Translations under genes and position numbers: made by a program
Part shown: one piece after another, positions 41,089 to 54,142 of the stretch
Position numbering within the stretch: position 1 is the stretch's first letter
Layout of the letters: each line of letters starts with the position of its first letter
The notes under the pieces: generated by a model
Databases searched by the model: none
What the model saw: only the letters and a program-made list of their open reading frames with translations
Told to the model about the DNA's origin: nothing
Source: Eledone cirrhosa
Taxonomy: Eukaryota
DNA: 64,000 nucleotides
Assembly (NCBI GenBank): GCA_964016885.1
Contig: OZ024760.1
Location: 21,824,001-21,888,000, forward strand
Direction: 5' to 3'

Positions 41089-41571
41089 AGAAAAAAAGAG
41101 AATCAGTGTTGCGATGAATGGAATTTATTGGACATATTACAATCGTTTCTCTGGCGACCAGCTCGAGGCACGATCGATGTGATGATCGAACCTGACTCTG
41201 AAAATCGCAAGGTCCTCAGATACATCTTGATTCTACAAAGCAGATTTTCCTATAGGAAAATTTGCTTCGTGATGGTGGTTGTGGTGATGCTGGTAATGGT
41301 GGTGGTGGTGGTGGTGGAGGCAATGGTGATGGTAATGATGGTGGTGGATGGTGATGGTGGTGGTGATGATGATGACGGTGATGATGATGATAGTAATGAT
41401 GATGATGGTAATGATGATGATGGTGATGGTGATGGTGATGATGGTGATGATGGTGATGGTGACAATTGTTTTTTATTGTGATGTTAGGGATAATGATGGT
41501 GGTGGTAATGAGAATAAGGATAATGGTGATTGTGCAGACACTGATGATGATGATGATGGTGATGGTGGTGG

Positions 41572-41602
<31 letters not shown>

Positions 41603-41953
41603 GATGATGGTGATGACGATTATAATGACAGCGATGATATCATTGATGTAATCAATTTTAAAGGATACAAAAAATTCTGAACATGTTATAAATGAAACAC
41701 ACACACATATACATACATACATAGACACACATACACACACATATACATACATAGACACACATACACACACATATACATACATAGACACATACACACATAC
41801 ATAGACACATACACACACACATATACATACATACATACATAGACACACATACACACACATACATACATAGACACACATACACACACATATACATACATAG
41901 ACACACATACACACACATACATACATAGACACACATACATACATAGACAGGCA

Positions 41954-41997
<44 letters not shown>

Positions 41998-42014
41998 TAC
42001 ACACACAGACAGGC

Positions 42015-42047
<33 letters not shown>

Positions 42048-42336
42048 TACACTTATATACACACACAGACACACACATACATAGACAGGCATATATTTAC
42101 ATATATACACATATATACACACACACATACAGACATACATAGACAGGCATATATTTATACATATATACACATATATACACACACGCATACAGACAGGCAT
42201 ATATATATATACACATACAGACAGACAGACATATATATATACACACAGACACATACATAGACAGGCATATATATATATACATATATATATACATATATAT
42301 ATATATACATATATACACACACACATACAGACAGAC

Positions 42337-42367
<31 letters not shown>

Positions 42368-42434
42368 TACATACATAGACAGGCATATATATATATACAT
42401 ATATACACATATACACACACGCATACAGACAGGC

Positions 42435-42467
<33 letters not shown>

Positions 42468-42903
42468 TACACTTATATACACACACACATACAGACAGAC
42501 ATATATATATACGCACAGACACACACATACATAGACAGGCATATATATATACACATATAAACACATATATACATACAAACATACAGACAGACATATATAT
42601 ATACACACACATAATAAAGAGTTCCTTTTAAAAGAAAGGCATTTACTCTTCTTTTTTTAAGCTTGACATTTTGTTGTTGTTGTTGATTAAGGAGTTTAAT
42701 TACAAGATGTTTACCCCCCCCCCTTTTTAGCTGGCAGCCACAGTCACTTCTTACCCCCCCCCCTCCCTTTACCCTAGTTACACCATTTTAACACTATCAT
42801 CACCCCCACCCCAGTACGATACAACCCCCTCCGACTCCCCACCACCTCATACATACACACACACACATACACACCTCTCACACACACACATACACACAGG
42901 CAC

Positions 42904-42936
<33 letters not shown>

Positions 42937-43213
42937 AGGCACCTCCACTGCCACACTACCTCATACACACCACACACACATAGGCACCTCCACTGCCACA
43001 CTACCTCATGCACACACATACATACACACACTTCTACATTCACAAGCTACCTCACACACACACACACACACACACCTACCCATACCATCTCATACACACC
43101 CACCACACACACAGATACACACTGCCACTTCTACACCCACAATCTACTTCACACACACACACATACACTCCCACCCATACCATCTCATACACACACACAC
43201 ACTCCCACCATCT

Positions 43214-43265
<52 letters not shown>

Positions 43266-43617
43266 CACACACTGCCACCTCCACATCCACCCTCTTTAAG
43301 AAAATTACCAAATATTAAAAAATAATAAACAGCAACAACAACAACAACAACAAAAAACAAACAAACAACAGCAACAATAACAAAACAAAAGAAAACAACA
43401 ACAACCCCATTCCCAAAGCAGTGCCCTCTTTTGAAAAAAATACACAAGTCATTCATTCTACCCTCATCATCTCCCTGGTGTTTCCTTTCCTCTTTATCAA
43501 AGTCACATCCCTCTAACTTAACTTCCTTCATTGTAAAGAGAGGAAAAAATAAGAATGAAATTAAATGAAAATTTAAAAACAACAAAAAAAAATAAGAAAA
43601 ATTACTGAAAAATATTC

Positions 43618-44097
43618 ATTTGGTACGGGTGGTGGTGGTAAAATTACTCTAATCCAGTACAGGGGGTAAAATTACTCTAATCCAGTACAGGGGGTAAATT
43701 TTCTCTAATTTGGTACAGGGGGTAAATTTTCTCTAATTTGGTACAGGGGGTAAAATATCTCTTATTTGGTACAGGGGGTAATTTTTCTTGTTTTTATTTT
43801 ATTTGTTTTTAAATTTTCATTTAATTTCATTCTTACAGGAGGTAACATTTCTCTTAATTGGTACAGGGGCCTAAATATCTCTTATTAGGTACAGGGGGTA
43901 AATTTTCTCTTATTTGGTACAGGGGCAAAATTTCTCTAATCTGGTCAGGGGTTAACATCTCTCTTGTTTGGTACAGGGGGTAAAATATGTCTTATTTGGT
44001 ACAGGGGGTAAAATATGTCTGATTTGGTACAGGGGGGTAAATTTTCTCTCATTTGGTACAGGGAGTAAAATATCTCTAAATTATTCATTTGGTACAT
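43618..44097. repeat. ~30-bp tandem repeat (tttggtacagggggtaaaatatctc), ~14 copies
   Basis: ggtacagggg recurs about every 29-30 bp. Confidence 0.9.
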
Positions 44098-44329
44098 CAT
44101 CATCACTGTTTAACGTCTATTTTTCCATGCTAGCATGGGTTAGACGAGGTATCCTGTTGTGAGCAATGCCAGGTCAGGTCAGGTCACCATGCCTTGCACA
44201 TACAGAACTGATTTGGGTTTTGTTTCTACAGCTGGATGCCCTTCCTAGCACCAACCTCATTTACTGTGACTACTGGGGAGCAAAGTGACTCTAAATTATT
44301 CATTTGCTTCATATAGATAGATAGATAGA

Positions 44330-45040
44330 TGTTTCTTTATTAGCCACAGGGGCACAAAAGAAGGGGACAAATACAAAGGGGGAAGTTTACATACAATAAA
44401 AACATGTAAAATATCACAAATGCAATTTAAAAATTAATCGATTTTCCCCAATAGGGGGAGACATTACATATGGGTAACACATACCCTCGAAAAAATGTGC
44501 AACCCTCATCTCCAGGAGTACAAAGAGTTTGTACCCCTTTCCTCTCTTCCTCCTTTTCCTCAACCTACAGGCTGATATAGAGAGAAGGCCCATTCACTCG
44601 GGCCATTCTCGCCACTTTCACCCACCTTTCATAAAACTTGCTGTAGATAGATATATTTCTTTATTAGCCACAGGGGCACAAAAGAAGGGGACAAATACAA
44701 AGGGGGAAGTTTACATACAATAAAAACGTGTAAAATGTTATCACAAATGCAATTTAAAAAATTAGTCGATTTTCCCCAATAGGGGGAGACAGTTCATATG
44801 GGTAACACATACCCCCGAAAAAAAATGTGCAACCCTCATCTCCAGGAGTACGAAGAGTTTGTACCCCTTTCCTCTCCTCCTCCTTTTCCTCAACCTACAG
44901 GCTGATATAGAGAGAAGGCCCATTCACTCGGGCCATTCTCGCCACTTTCACCCACCTTTCATAAAACTTGCTGGGGTACAGCACCTCTCTCCCCATCCCG
45001 ATTCTTCTTCCAAAGTGGTATTTGAAAAAAAAGAATCAGT
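44330..45040 (-). mobile_element. Tx1-like LINE 3' end, tandemly duplicated (~325-bp period)
   Basis: Minus strand FYERWVKVARMA C-terminus, then UTR ending aataaagaaa next to (TCTA)n; homologous to 52660-53150. Confidence 0.6.
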
Positions 45041-45139
45041 TGTAGATAGATAGAAAAATGGATATATATACATATATGCTCTATATATTTATCCTTATCG
45101 AGCCCTCTATTGGATTTTAGTCTTCACATTTATTATTAT

Positions 45140-45169
<30 letters not shown>

Positions 45170-45177
<8 letters not shown>

Positions 45178-45352
45178 AGATCAAAAGATGGTTAAAAGAG
45201 TTCCAAGTATTTTATTATGCGCATTTCAATACTTGGAACTCTTTTAACCATCTTTTGATCTTATATTATTTATACTCCAGTCCTACAAACTGTAGAGTGC
45301 TACTTATCCGATATTTGCATTGCTTTATTGTGCTACAATAAAACTCACCTCC

Positions 45353-45355
<3 letters not shown>
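45170..45355. mobile_element. Fold-back remnant (~40-bp arms) related to the 47645-47780 hammerhead element
   Basis: taatataagatcaaaagatggttaaaagagttccaagtatt / aatacttggaactcttttaaccatcttttgatcttatatta; loop holds the GAAAtgcgcata half-site on the minus strand. Confidence 0.8.
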
Positions 45356-45408
<53 letters not shown>

Positions 45409-45593
45409 AAATCCAAAATTAAGATAAATCCCAAATTAAGATAATATATTTCTTTAATGGGATATATACAAGGAAGGCTAATCACTCTTAAAGGTAAATA
45501 TTACCTATACTAGCTATGCGTGGTTACACGCGAGCAAAAATTATCTCCTGTGATTATTCATGTATATTTATATGTTAATCAATTTCTAGTTAT

Positions 45594-45631
<38 letters not shown>

Positions 45632-45909
45632 GGCAAGCAAATAGGTAGATAGACAGACAGACATATAAAGATAGTGAATACTAGACTCCATGGGTGTCTA
45701 GCTTGAGTTTTTTTAGTTGAATTTTGTTTGTCTTTGAAAAAGTTTTTACTAAAACATGTGACAAGAAGGAAAAAAAAAAAAACCCAAAGAGATTTTAGAA
45801 TGGAATGACAAGATATTTCTTTTCACTTTTTAGGGGCTTAGGTGGGGGATTTTGCCTTTGCTTCTTCTCTTTCAGTCTTGAAAGAGAAGATCTGTGTAGC
45901 TGTGTGTCT

Positions 45910-46365
45910 ATGTATGTATTTGTGTGTGTATGTATATGTGCACGAATGCCTGAGTGTGTATGTATGTATTTGTGTGTGTATATATATATGCACAAGTGCT
46001 TGAGTGTGTATGTATGTATTTGTGCGTGTATGTATATGTGCACAAGTGCCTGAGTGTGTATGTATGTATTTGTGTGTGTATATATATGTACACGAATGCC
46101 TGAGTGTGTATGTATGTATTTGTGTGTGTATATATATGTACACGAATGCCTGAGTGTGTATGTATGTATTTGTGTGTGTATATATATGTGCATGAGTGCC
46201 TGAGTGTGTATGTATGTATTTGTGTGTGTATATATATGTACACGAGTGCCTGAGTGTGTATGTATGTATTTGTGTGTGTATATATATATGTACACGAGTG
46301 CCTGAGTGTGTATGTATGTATTTGTGTGTGTATATATATGTACACGAGTGCCTGAGTGTGTATGC
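45910..46365. repeat. 50-bp tandem minisatellite (~9 copies)
   Basis: gcctgagtgtgtatgtatgtatttgtg every 50 bp. Confidence 0.95.
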
Positions 46366-46473
46366 GTGTTTCATACTGTTATTTAAAAAAAAAATTTTAA
46401 TTTTCTTTTCATTCAGTGTACAGGGGCTGTTATTTTTTTGTACAAGAGAAAGGGAATTGAAAGGGTATATATA

Positions 46474-46573
46474 AAGGATGTCCCCCAAAAATGTATACAC
46501 ACTTCAATAGCATTCTAATAAATATTGCTTGTACAGGTAATCAAAGTGTGTATACATTTTAGGGGACACCCTG
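46474..46573. mobile_element. ~100-bp Tc1/mariner-type MITE
   Basis: ~30-bp TIRs aggatgtcccccaaaaatgtatacacactt / aagtgtgtatacattttaggggacaccctg; TA on the left flank. Confidence 0.7.
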
Positions 46574-46702
46574 TGTGTTTGTGTATGTATGTATATATAT
46601 ATATACATATATATATCTATATATCTATATATATATATATACATATATATATACATATATATATATACATATATACATATATATATATATATACATATAT
46701 AC

Positions 46703-46733
<31 letters not shown>

Positions 46734-46848
46734 CATATATATCTATATATATATATACATATATATATATACATATGTACTATATATCTCTCTATATATA
46801 TATACATATATATCTCTATATATATATATATATATATATACATATCTA

Positions 46849-46892
<44 letters not shown>

Positions 46893-47023
46893 GATATGTT
46901 TATCCTGGGTTCAATCGGGGGTAACCACAGTAAGTAAGGTACTCAATACATAGCAGAGTATAAACGTTTTAATATAGATGAGATTCTACAGGACTAGAAC
47001 TGTTTCATTCTTTAGAAATCATG

Positions 47024-47109
<86 letters not shown>

Positions 47110-47340
47110 GAGAAGAATGAATACTGCGTGGTTGCACATGGGTTACATATGATAAAAATAGTCCTTCGTCAGTGATTTTCCAACCTTCATTGGTATTTCA
47201 CCGCATTAAAAATCATATACCTCCAATTGGTGCGAGCAATAGCTAAATAAAGCTATTGGGACAAGTGAATCGCGTAAAGTGAGTGAAACAAGTAAACAAC
47301 ATAGAAGGATGAAAGCAACGCAAAGATAGGAAAAAACACG

Positions 47341-47384
<44 letters not shown>

Positions 47385-47392
<8 letters not shown>

Positions 47393-47505
47393 CGTAAAAT
47401 AAGAAAATTTTAAAAAAATTTTAAAAAATTAACTTACTAAAATTTTAGTAAGTAAGTTAATTTAAAAAAATTTTTTTTAAATTTTCTTATTTTACGTCTT
47501 TTATA
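47385..47505. repeat. AT-rich imperfect palindrome (~60-bp arms)
   Basis: acgtaaaataagaaaattt / aaattttcttattttacgt; centre acttactaaaattttagtaagt. Confidence 0.8.
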
Positions 47506-47619
47506 TTATTGTTCTGCATCCTCCTGCATTGAACCACCTAGGTACTATGACATAACCTGTGTATTTGCTGGCATTAGCGTACATCTGTGCACTTATGTTA
47601 GTAGATATATTAAATTATC

Positions 47620-47654
<35 letters not shown>

Positions 47655-47679
47655 AGATCAAAAGATGGCTAAATGAGTG

Positions 47680-47750
47680 TATTTTATTATGCGCATTTCA
47701 AAAACAAATATCATCATGCAATAACATTTGTGTTTTCATCAGATAAAATA
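47680..47750 (-). ncRNA. Type I hammerhead ribozyme
   Basis: tattttat-CTGATGA-aaacacaaatg..tatttgtttt-GAAAT-gcgc-ATA-ataaaata; 8-bp stem I, palindrome ATGCGCAT. Confidence 0.8.
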
Positions 47751-47806
47751 TGAGGACATGATATGAAGGTTAAAAACACTTGTGGATAGTGCAGTTTTAA
47801 ATCAAC

Positions 47807-47943
<137 letters not shown>

Positions 47944-47949
47944 TGTGAA

Positions 47950-48065
47950 GGCACGTGGCTGAGTGGTTAGAGAATTTGATTCACAATCGTGAGGTTGTGA
48001 TTTCGATTCCCAGACCAGGCGATGCGTTATGTCCTTGAGCAAGGCACTTTATTTCATGTTGCTCC
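47950..48065 (+). mobile_element. SINE 5' part (tRNA head plus Meta-like core)
   Basis: gtggctgagtggttag A-box, ttcgattccc B-box, gtccttgagcaaggcacttt. Confidence 0.8.
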
Positions 48066-48422
48066 ATCTGCCTGGATTTGCGACTGTCAGATAGTATTGG
48101 TAATTGGAAAGACCAATGGAAACATTGGTTCCTCGGTCCGATTTGATGAGATCCACCCCACTCGTTAAGCAAATGAGGTCTGAGATCTTGTCGATGAATT
48201 GTCGATTGACTGTCGATATATATACAGAGATTTAATGGAGATTAAATGATTATATATATATGTGTGTATGTCTATATGTGTGAGTGTATATATGTGTGAG
48301 TGTATATATGTGTGAGTGTATATATGTGTGAGTGTATATATGTGTGAGTGTATATATGTGTGAGTGTATATATGTGTGAGTGTATATATGTGTGAGTGTA
48401 TATATGTGTGTGTGTGTATATA

Positions 48423-48455
<33 letters not shown>

Positions 48456-49089
48456 ATATGTGTGTTTGTATATATCTATATGTGTGAGTGTATATATGTG
48501 TGTTTGTATATATCTATATGTGTGAGTGTATATATATGTGTGTGTGTATATGCGTGTTTGTGTATATCTATATGTGTGAGGTATATATGTGTGTGTGTGT
48601 ATATGTGGGTTTGTATATATCTATATGTGTGAGTGTATATATATGTGTGTGTATATGTGTGTTTGTTATGTGTGAGTGTATATATGTGTGTGTGTATATA
48701 TGTGTTTGTGTATATCTATATGTGTGAGTGTATATATATATATGTGTGTGTGTATATGTGTGTTTGTGTACATCTATATGTGTGAGTGTATATATATGTG
48801 TGTGTGTCTATATGCATGTTTGTGTATATCTATGTGTGAGTGTATAAAAAAAGTGTGTATGTGTATATGTGTGTTTGTACATATCTATATGTGTGAGTAT
48901 ATATATGTGTGTATGTGTATATGTGTGTTTGTATATATCTATATGTGTGAGTGTATATATATGTGTGTGTGTTTGTGTATATATATATATATGTGTGTGT
49001 GTATATATAAAAGATATTTGTATAAAAAGTAGAAGAGATTTTCTTTCAAACTTGTTATTTTCCATATTTCTCCATTAGTAGTTCTCTAT

Positions 49090-49620
49090 GTTTAGTTTGG
49101 AGCTATAGTGTTCTCAAACCCATTTACTTTGACCCCTGAACAGATGTCGCTGTGTATTACAGTGATCCAGCCTCGGATGATGGGACCAAAGCCTTGGGGA
49201 CAGCCTCCAGGTATCAATGGTTGACACTATTGAAAGCTTTCAATTGATCTAAGGGGCCCATGAAAGCCAGTTTTACACCCTACCCTCTCTATGATGTATC
49301 GCATGAGGTGGAGGTTGTTGTATATGGATCTGGTTGGGATTGTACAAGTTTGCACCTCCCCTAACAAACTCTTGACGAGAAGTGCCAGCTTCTTTGCTAA
49401 CATCTTGGCCAAAATCTTAAACTATGTGTTTATCAGAGTTATGGGGCTGAAATGATCTAAAGTATCCCTCTTGTGCTCGTCTTTCCTCATCAGTGTTACT
49501 ATGCTCTGGTTCACAGAACTGAGAATACTCCTGTTCTGCTGCCAGTTGCAGTAGACCACTTTGAGGAGATTAGAGAACAAGTCTGGCATGTCTATGTAAA
49601 ACTTGTAGAGCAGACCATAA
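49090..49620 (-). mobile_element. Tx1/L1-clade reverse transcriptase fragment (decayed)
   Basis: GLLYKFY...IVTLMRKD...FSPITLINT*FKILAKMLAKKL...QTCTIPTRSIYNNLHLMRYII matches Tx1 RT N-terminal motifs. Confidence 0.85.
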
Positions 49621-49639
49621 CAAAAAAAAAAAAATAAAT

Positions 49640-52262
49640 AAAAAGAAAATAATGGTTAGTTTGTATGTGAAATGCCAGATAAGGTTGACAAATATAGGTG
49701 CTGGGAATGGACTAAAAAAAAGTGACTTAAAAGTTGAAACTGAGGTTCTTATTTTTACAGCCCAGGAACAGGCACTGAGAATGAACTACAGGCACCGTAA
49801 ATGAACTATATCAAGTTCAATATTGACAAGCCAGTGAATTCCCCACTTTGTGGGCTGTGTAGTGATAATGGTGAGACAATAAACCACATTATTAGTGAAC
49901 GTAATAAATAAAGTACCAGTAATACCCTGGATAATTGCTGGCCTTGTGCCAAAAGTAGAAACACAATTATTAGTGAACATAAGATGTTTGCGCAGAAAGG
50001 GTACAAGAGAAGGCACGGCTACATAGCCAGATTGGTTCATTAGAAGTTCTGTCATAAGTATGACATGACCAGAAGTGGGAAATGCTATGAGCACCAACTG
50101 GAAAGGGTGGCTGAAAATTAACAGTATAAGATCTTGTGGGACATGGCCATCCAGTGCGACCATTTTATCGTGGCTAGAAAACCTGACATTGTTGTCGTAG
50201 AGAAGAAGAATAACAAGGTATGTATTGTGGATACTGCTTCACCGTGGGGCCACAGGGTGGATGAGAAGGAAAGTGAGAAAGTTGAGAAATACCAGGGGCT
50301 GAAGAGAGAAATCAGGAAACTGTGGAGAATCAGAAACGTAGATGTGGTACCAATTGTAGGTTAGACATGTAGAAGTGGTACCAATTGTGGTTGGTGTACT
50401 GGGAGCAGTTAGTAGAAAATTAGACATGTAGAAGTGGTACCAATTGTGGTTGGTGTACTGGGAGCAGTTAGTAGAAAGTTAGACATGTAGAAGTGGTACC
50501 AATTGTGGTTGGTGTACTGGGAGCAGTTAGTAGAAAGTTAGACATGTAGAAGTGGTACCAATTGTAGTTGGTACACTGGGAGCAGCTAGTAGGTTAGACA
50601 TGTAGAAGTGGTACCAATTGTGGTTGGTGTACTGGGAGCAGCTAGTAGAAAGTTAGACATGTAGAAGTGGTACCAATTGTGGTTGGTGTACTGGGAGCAG
50701 TTAGTAGAAAGTTAGACATGTAGAAGTGGTACCAATTGTAGTTGGTACACTGGGAGCAGCTAGTAGAAAGTTAGACATGTAGAAGTGGTACCAATTGTGG
50801 TTGGTGTACTGGGAGCAGCTAGTAGAAAGTTAGACATGTAGAAGTGGTACCAATTGTGGTTGGTGTACTGGGAGCAGCTAGTAGATGGTTAGACATGTAG
50901 AAGTGGTACCAATTGTGGTTGGTACACTGGGAGCAGCTAGTAGAAGGTTAGACATGTAGAAGTGGTACCAATTGTGGTTGGTGTACTGGGAGCAGCTAGT
51001 AGAAAGTTAGACATGTAGAAGTGGTACCAATTGTGGTTGGTGTACTGGGAGCAGCTAGTAGAAGGTTAGACATGTAGAAGTGGTACCAATTGTGGTTGGT
51101 ATACTGGGAGTAGTTAGTAGAAGGTTAGACATGTAGAAGTGGTACCAATTGTGGTTGGTGTACTGGGAGCAGCTAGTAGAAGGTTAGACATGTAGAAGTG
51201 GTACCAATTGTGGTTGGTGTACTGGGAGCAGTTAGTAGAAGGTCAGACATGTAGAAGTGGTACCAATTGTGGTTGGGTGTACTGGGAGTAGTTAGTAGAA
51301 GGTCAGACATGTAGAAGTGGTACCAATTGTGGTTGGTACACTGGGAGCAGTTAGTAGAAGGTTAGACATGTAGAAGTGGTACCAATTGTGGTTGGTGTAC
51401 TGGGAGCAGTTAGTAGAAGGTTAGACATGTAGAAGTGGTACCAATTGTGGTTGGTGTACTGGGAGCAGTTAGTAGAAGGTCAGACATGTAGAAGTGGTAC
51501 CAATTGTGGTTGGTGTACTGGGAGCAGTTAGTAGAAGGTTAGACATGTAGAAGTGGTACCAATTGTGGTTGGTGTACTGGGAGTAGTTAGTAGAAGGTCA
51601 GACATGTAGAAGTGGTACCAATTGTGGTTGGGTGTACTGGGAGTAGTTAGTAGAAGGTCAGACATGTAGAAGTGGTACCAATTGTGGTTGGTACACTGGG
51701 AGCAGTTAGTAGAAGGTTAGACATGTAGAAGTGGTACCAATTGTGGTTGGTGTACTGGGAGCAGTTAGTAGAAGGTTAGACATGTAGAAGTGGTACCAAT
51801 TGTGGTTGGTACACTGGGAGCAGCTAGTAGATGGTTAGACATGTAGAAGTGGTACCAATTGTGGTTGGTACACTGGGAGCAGCTAGTAGAAGGTTAGACA
51901 TGTAGAAGTGGTACCAATTGTGGTTGGTACACTGGGAGCAGCTAGTAGATGGTTAGACATGTAGAAGTGGTACCAATTGTGGTTGGTACACTGGGAGCAG
52001 CTAGTAGAAGGTTAGACATGTAGAAGTGGTACCAATTGTGGTTGGTACACTGGGTGCAGTTAGTAGAAGGTGGTTACATGGCTTGAGAAGCTAGGAATTA
52101 CCAGCCGGACAAGACTGTTGCAGAAAACAGCTTTGCTAGAAACAACAAGGATTCTCAGGAAAGTGTTATAAAGTTGAAGGAGCAGGACCTTTGGTCATTG
52201 GCTATAGCTCACTCTTTTGCTAGAACAAAAGCCTTACAAATAGTAATAATAATAATAATAAT
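49640..52262 (+). mobile_element. R4/Dong-like non-LTR retrotransposon 3' part (zinc knuckle plus RLE endonuclease), split by a satellite expansion
   Basis: WLKKSDLKVETEVLIFTAQEQALR, CGLC..ETINHII, KILWD, ARKPDIVVV, EKVEKYQ, VVPIVVG.LG, then after the array WLEKLGI..LLQKTALL.TTRILRKVL; ends at (TAA)n, the known Dong target. Confidence 0.85.
50360..52070. repeat. 59-bp tandem minisatellite (~29 copies) derived from R4/Dong coding sequence
   Basis: Unit gttagacatgtagaagtggtaccaattgtggttggtgtactgggagcagttagtagaag, shifting 1 nt per 60-nt line. Confidence 0.95.
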
Positions 52263-52264
52263 GA

Positions 52265-52480
52265 TGATTTCTACTTTAAGCACAAGGCCAGCAATTTTGG
52301 GAGGAGGGTAAAGTCGATGAAATCAACCCCAGTGTATTACTGGTACTTTATTTTATCAACCCCGTAAGGATGAATGGCAAAGCTAACCTCAGCGAGATTT
52401 GAACTCAGAACGTAGAGAGTCGTAACATTTTGCTGCAAATCATGTTGTCTGATGCTCTACCGATTTTGCCAATCCACCAG
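52265..52480 (-). mobile_element. SINE family B
   Basis: Family head, B-box and tail. Confidence 0.85.
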
Positions 52481-52494
52481 CCTAATAATAATAA

Positions 52495-53150
52495 TGCTTT
52501 CTTTATTAACCACAAGGGTTTACATAAAGTAGACATTAAGGACAGTACAGGACAATACAGGACGGTACAAATGGGCATTTCTGCGTGTAAAAAACAAGAA
52601 ACAGAGGATGTAATAATAGAACTATGAAAAAAAAATAATAATAATAATAATAATAATAATTTCATTTATTGGCCACAAGGGCCAACATGTAGGGGACAAT
52701 ACAAAGACAGGGACAGTGGGGGGTTTACGATAAGGTCGATATAAAAGTGCACAATGGCAAGACTAATTTAACAATGAAGATATACAAATATAAAATAAAC
52801 TATGTATAAATATAACAAAATAAATAAATTCCCCTATCGTGGGTGGACGACCCAGGGGTGACTCAGGTACCCCACCAATCCTTAACCACCCTGCGCTTCT
52901 AGGGCACCCAGGGAGAGCACCCCTCTCCTCAAATTAGCTAGCCTATAAATGCATGGTCAGAGTAGGCCCATTCACACAGGCCATTCTCGCCACATTCATC
53001 CACCTTTTAGCAAATGTACTGGAGGGTGGGTGGGTGGGTGAAGCACTTCTCTCTCCACCCTCACCTTCCTTTCCAGGTGAAACTTGAAGAAGGTGAGGAG
53101 GGATTGGCCGAAGAGAAAAGTGTCTGTCTTCAGTCCTTTCAAGTGTGTTT
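52495..53150 (-). mobile_element. Tx1-like LINE 3' ends abutting (TAA)n
   Basis: ggccattctcgccacattcatccacc shared with 44600; minus strand FFKFHLERKVRVEREVL; aataaa termini. Confidence 0.6.
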
Positions 53151-53441
53151 TATAAATTTTGACATAGCCAAGGAAACATATCTTATCAGTTGAATTTTCC
53201 TTGGGTAGTGAGATTAAAGAACGGATTTTTCAAACTTATGGATGAGTATGCAAATGAATATGTAAATAAGGTTGAGTTATATGATTAAAAAACCGTTATT
53301 TTAAACGCTATGGAAAGTTTAGATATATTAGTAAGAGAGAAAGAAAGAAAAAAGAAAAAAAGGAAAAAAGGAAAAAAAGAAAAAAAAAGAAAAAAGGAAA
53401 AAAAATATATATGTTTGTGTGTGTATATATGTGTGTGTGTT

Positions 53442-53477
<36 letters not shown>

Positions 53478-54142
53478 CAATGACTAACACACTTTACACA
53501 CCCTTAGACATAATTACACACACACATACAACAAACAACACATCTACCTACAATTACATATACACACACACACACATACATACATACACAAACAGATACA
53601 TACAACAAAGCCCACATTTACATACAATTACACACACACACACAACAAAGCACATCTCCATATAATTACACACACATACATACAACAAAGCACACATCTC
53701 CATACAATTACACACACACACATACATGCAACATAGCACACATCTACCTACAATTACACACACACACACGCACACACACACATCTCCATACATACATACA
53801 ACAAAGCCCACATTTCCATACAATTACACACACAGACATATAACAAAGCACACATTTACATACAATTACACTCACACAAACACACACACATACAACAAAG
53901 TACACATCTACCTACAATTACACACACACAAACATATGAAAAACAAAAGAGACTTTAAGTTTAACTAATGATTTACAGATTTTTCTAAAGATGAAAGGAG
54001 GTGTTTCTCCATTTTGGTGGGTTTTATTCTTTCTTTTTTAAAACTTTACCTTCATTATAAACATCCCTAACCCTAGTCCCCCCCACCCCATGTCTTTATT
54101 CACCCTCAAACCCACCACGACCCCAACTAAAAACTCTTTTAA

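Noticed and set aside
43820-43850. Possible microexon ttacag|gag|gtaaca on the plus strand
   Set aside because: Produced by the junction of the inverted insert with the ggtacagggggtaa tandem unit
47110-47210. CTGAYGA-ggac motif family on the minus strand (also ~30595, 57080, 62100)
   Set aside because: A dispersed repeat, but no correctly placed GAAA or stems, so not callable as a hammerhead
50360-52070. CRISPR-like regular array
   Set aside because: No unique spacers, eukaryotic context, and the unit derives from retrotransposon coding sequence
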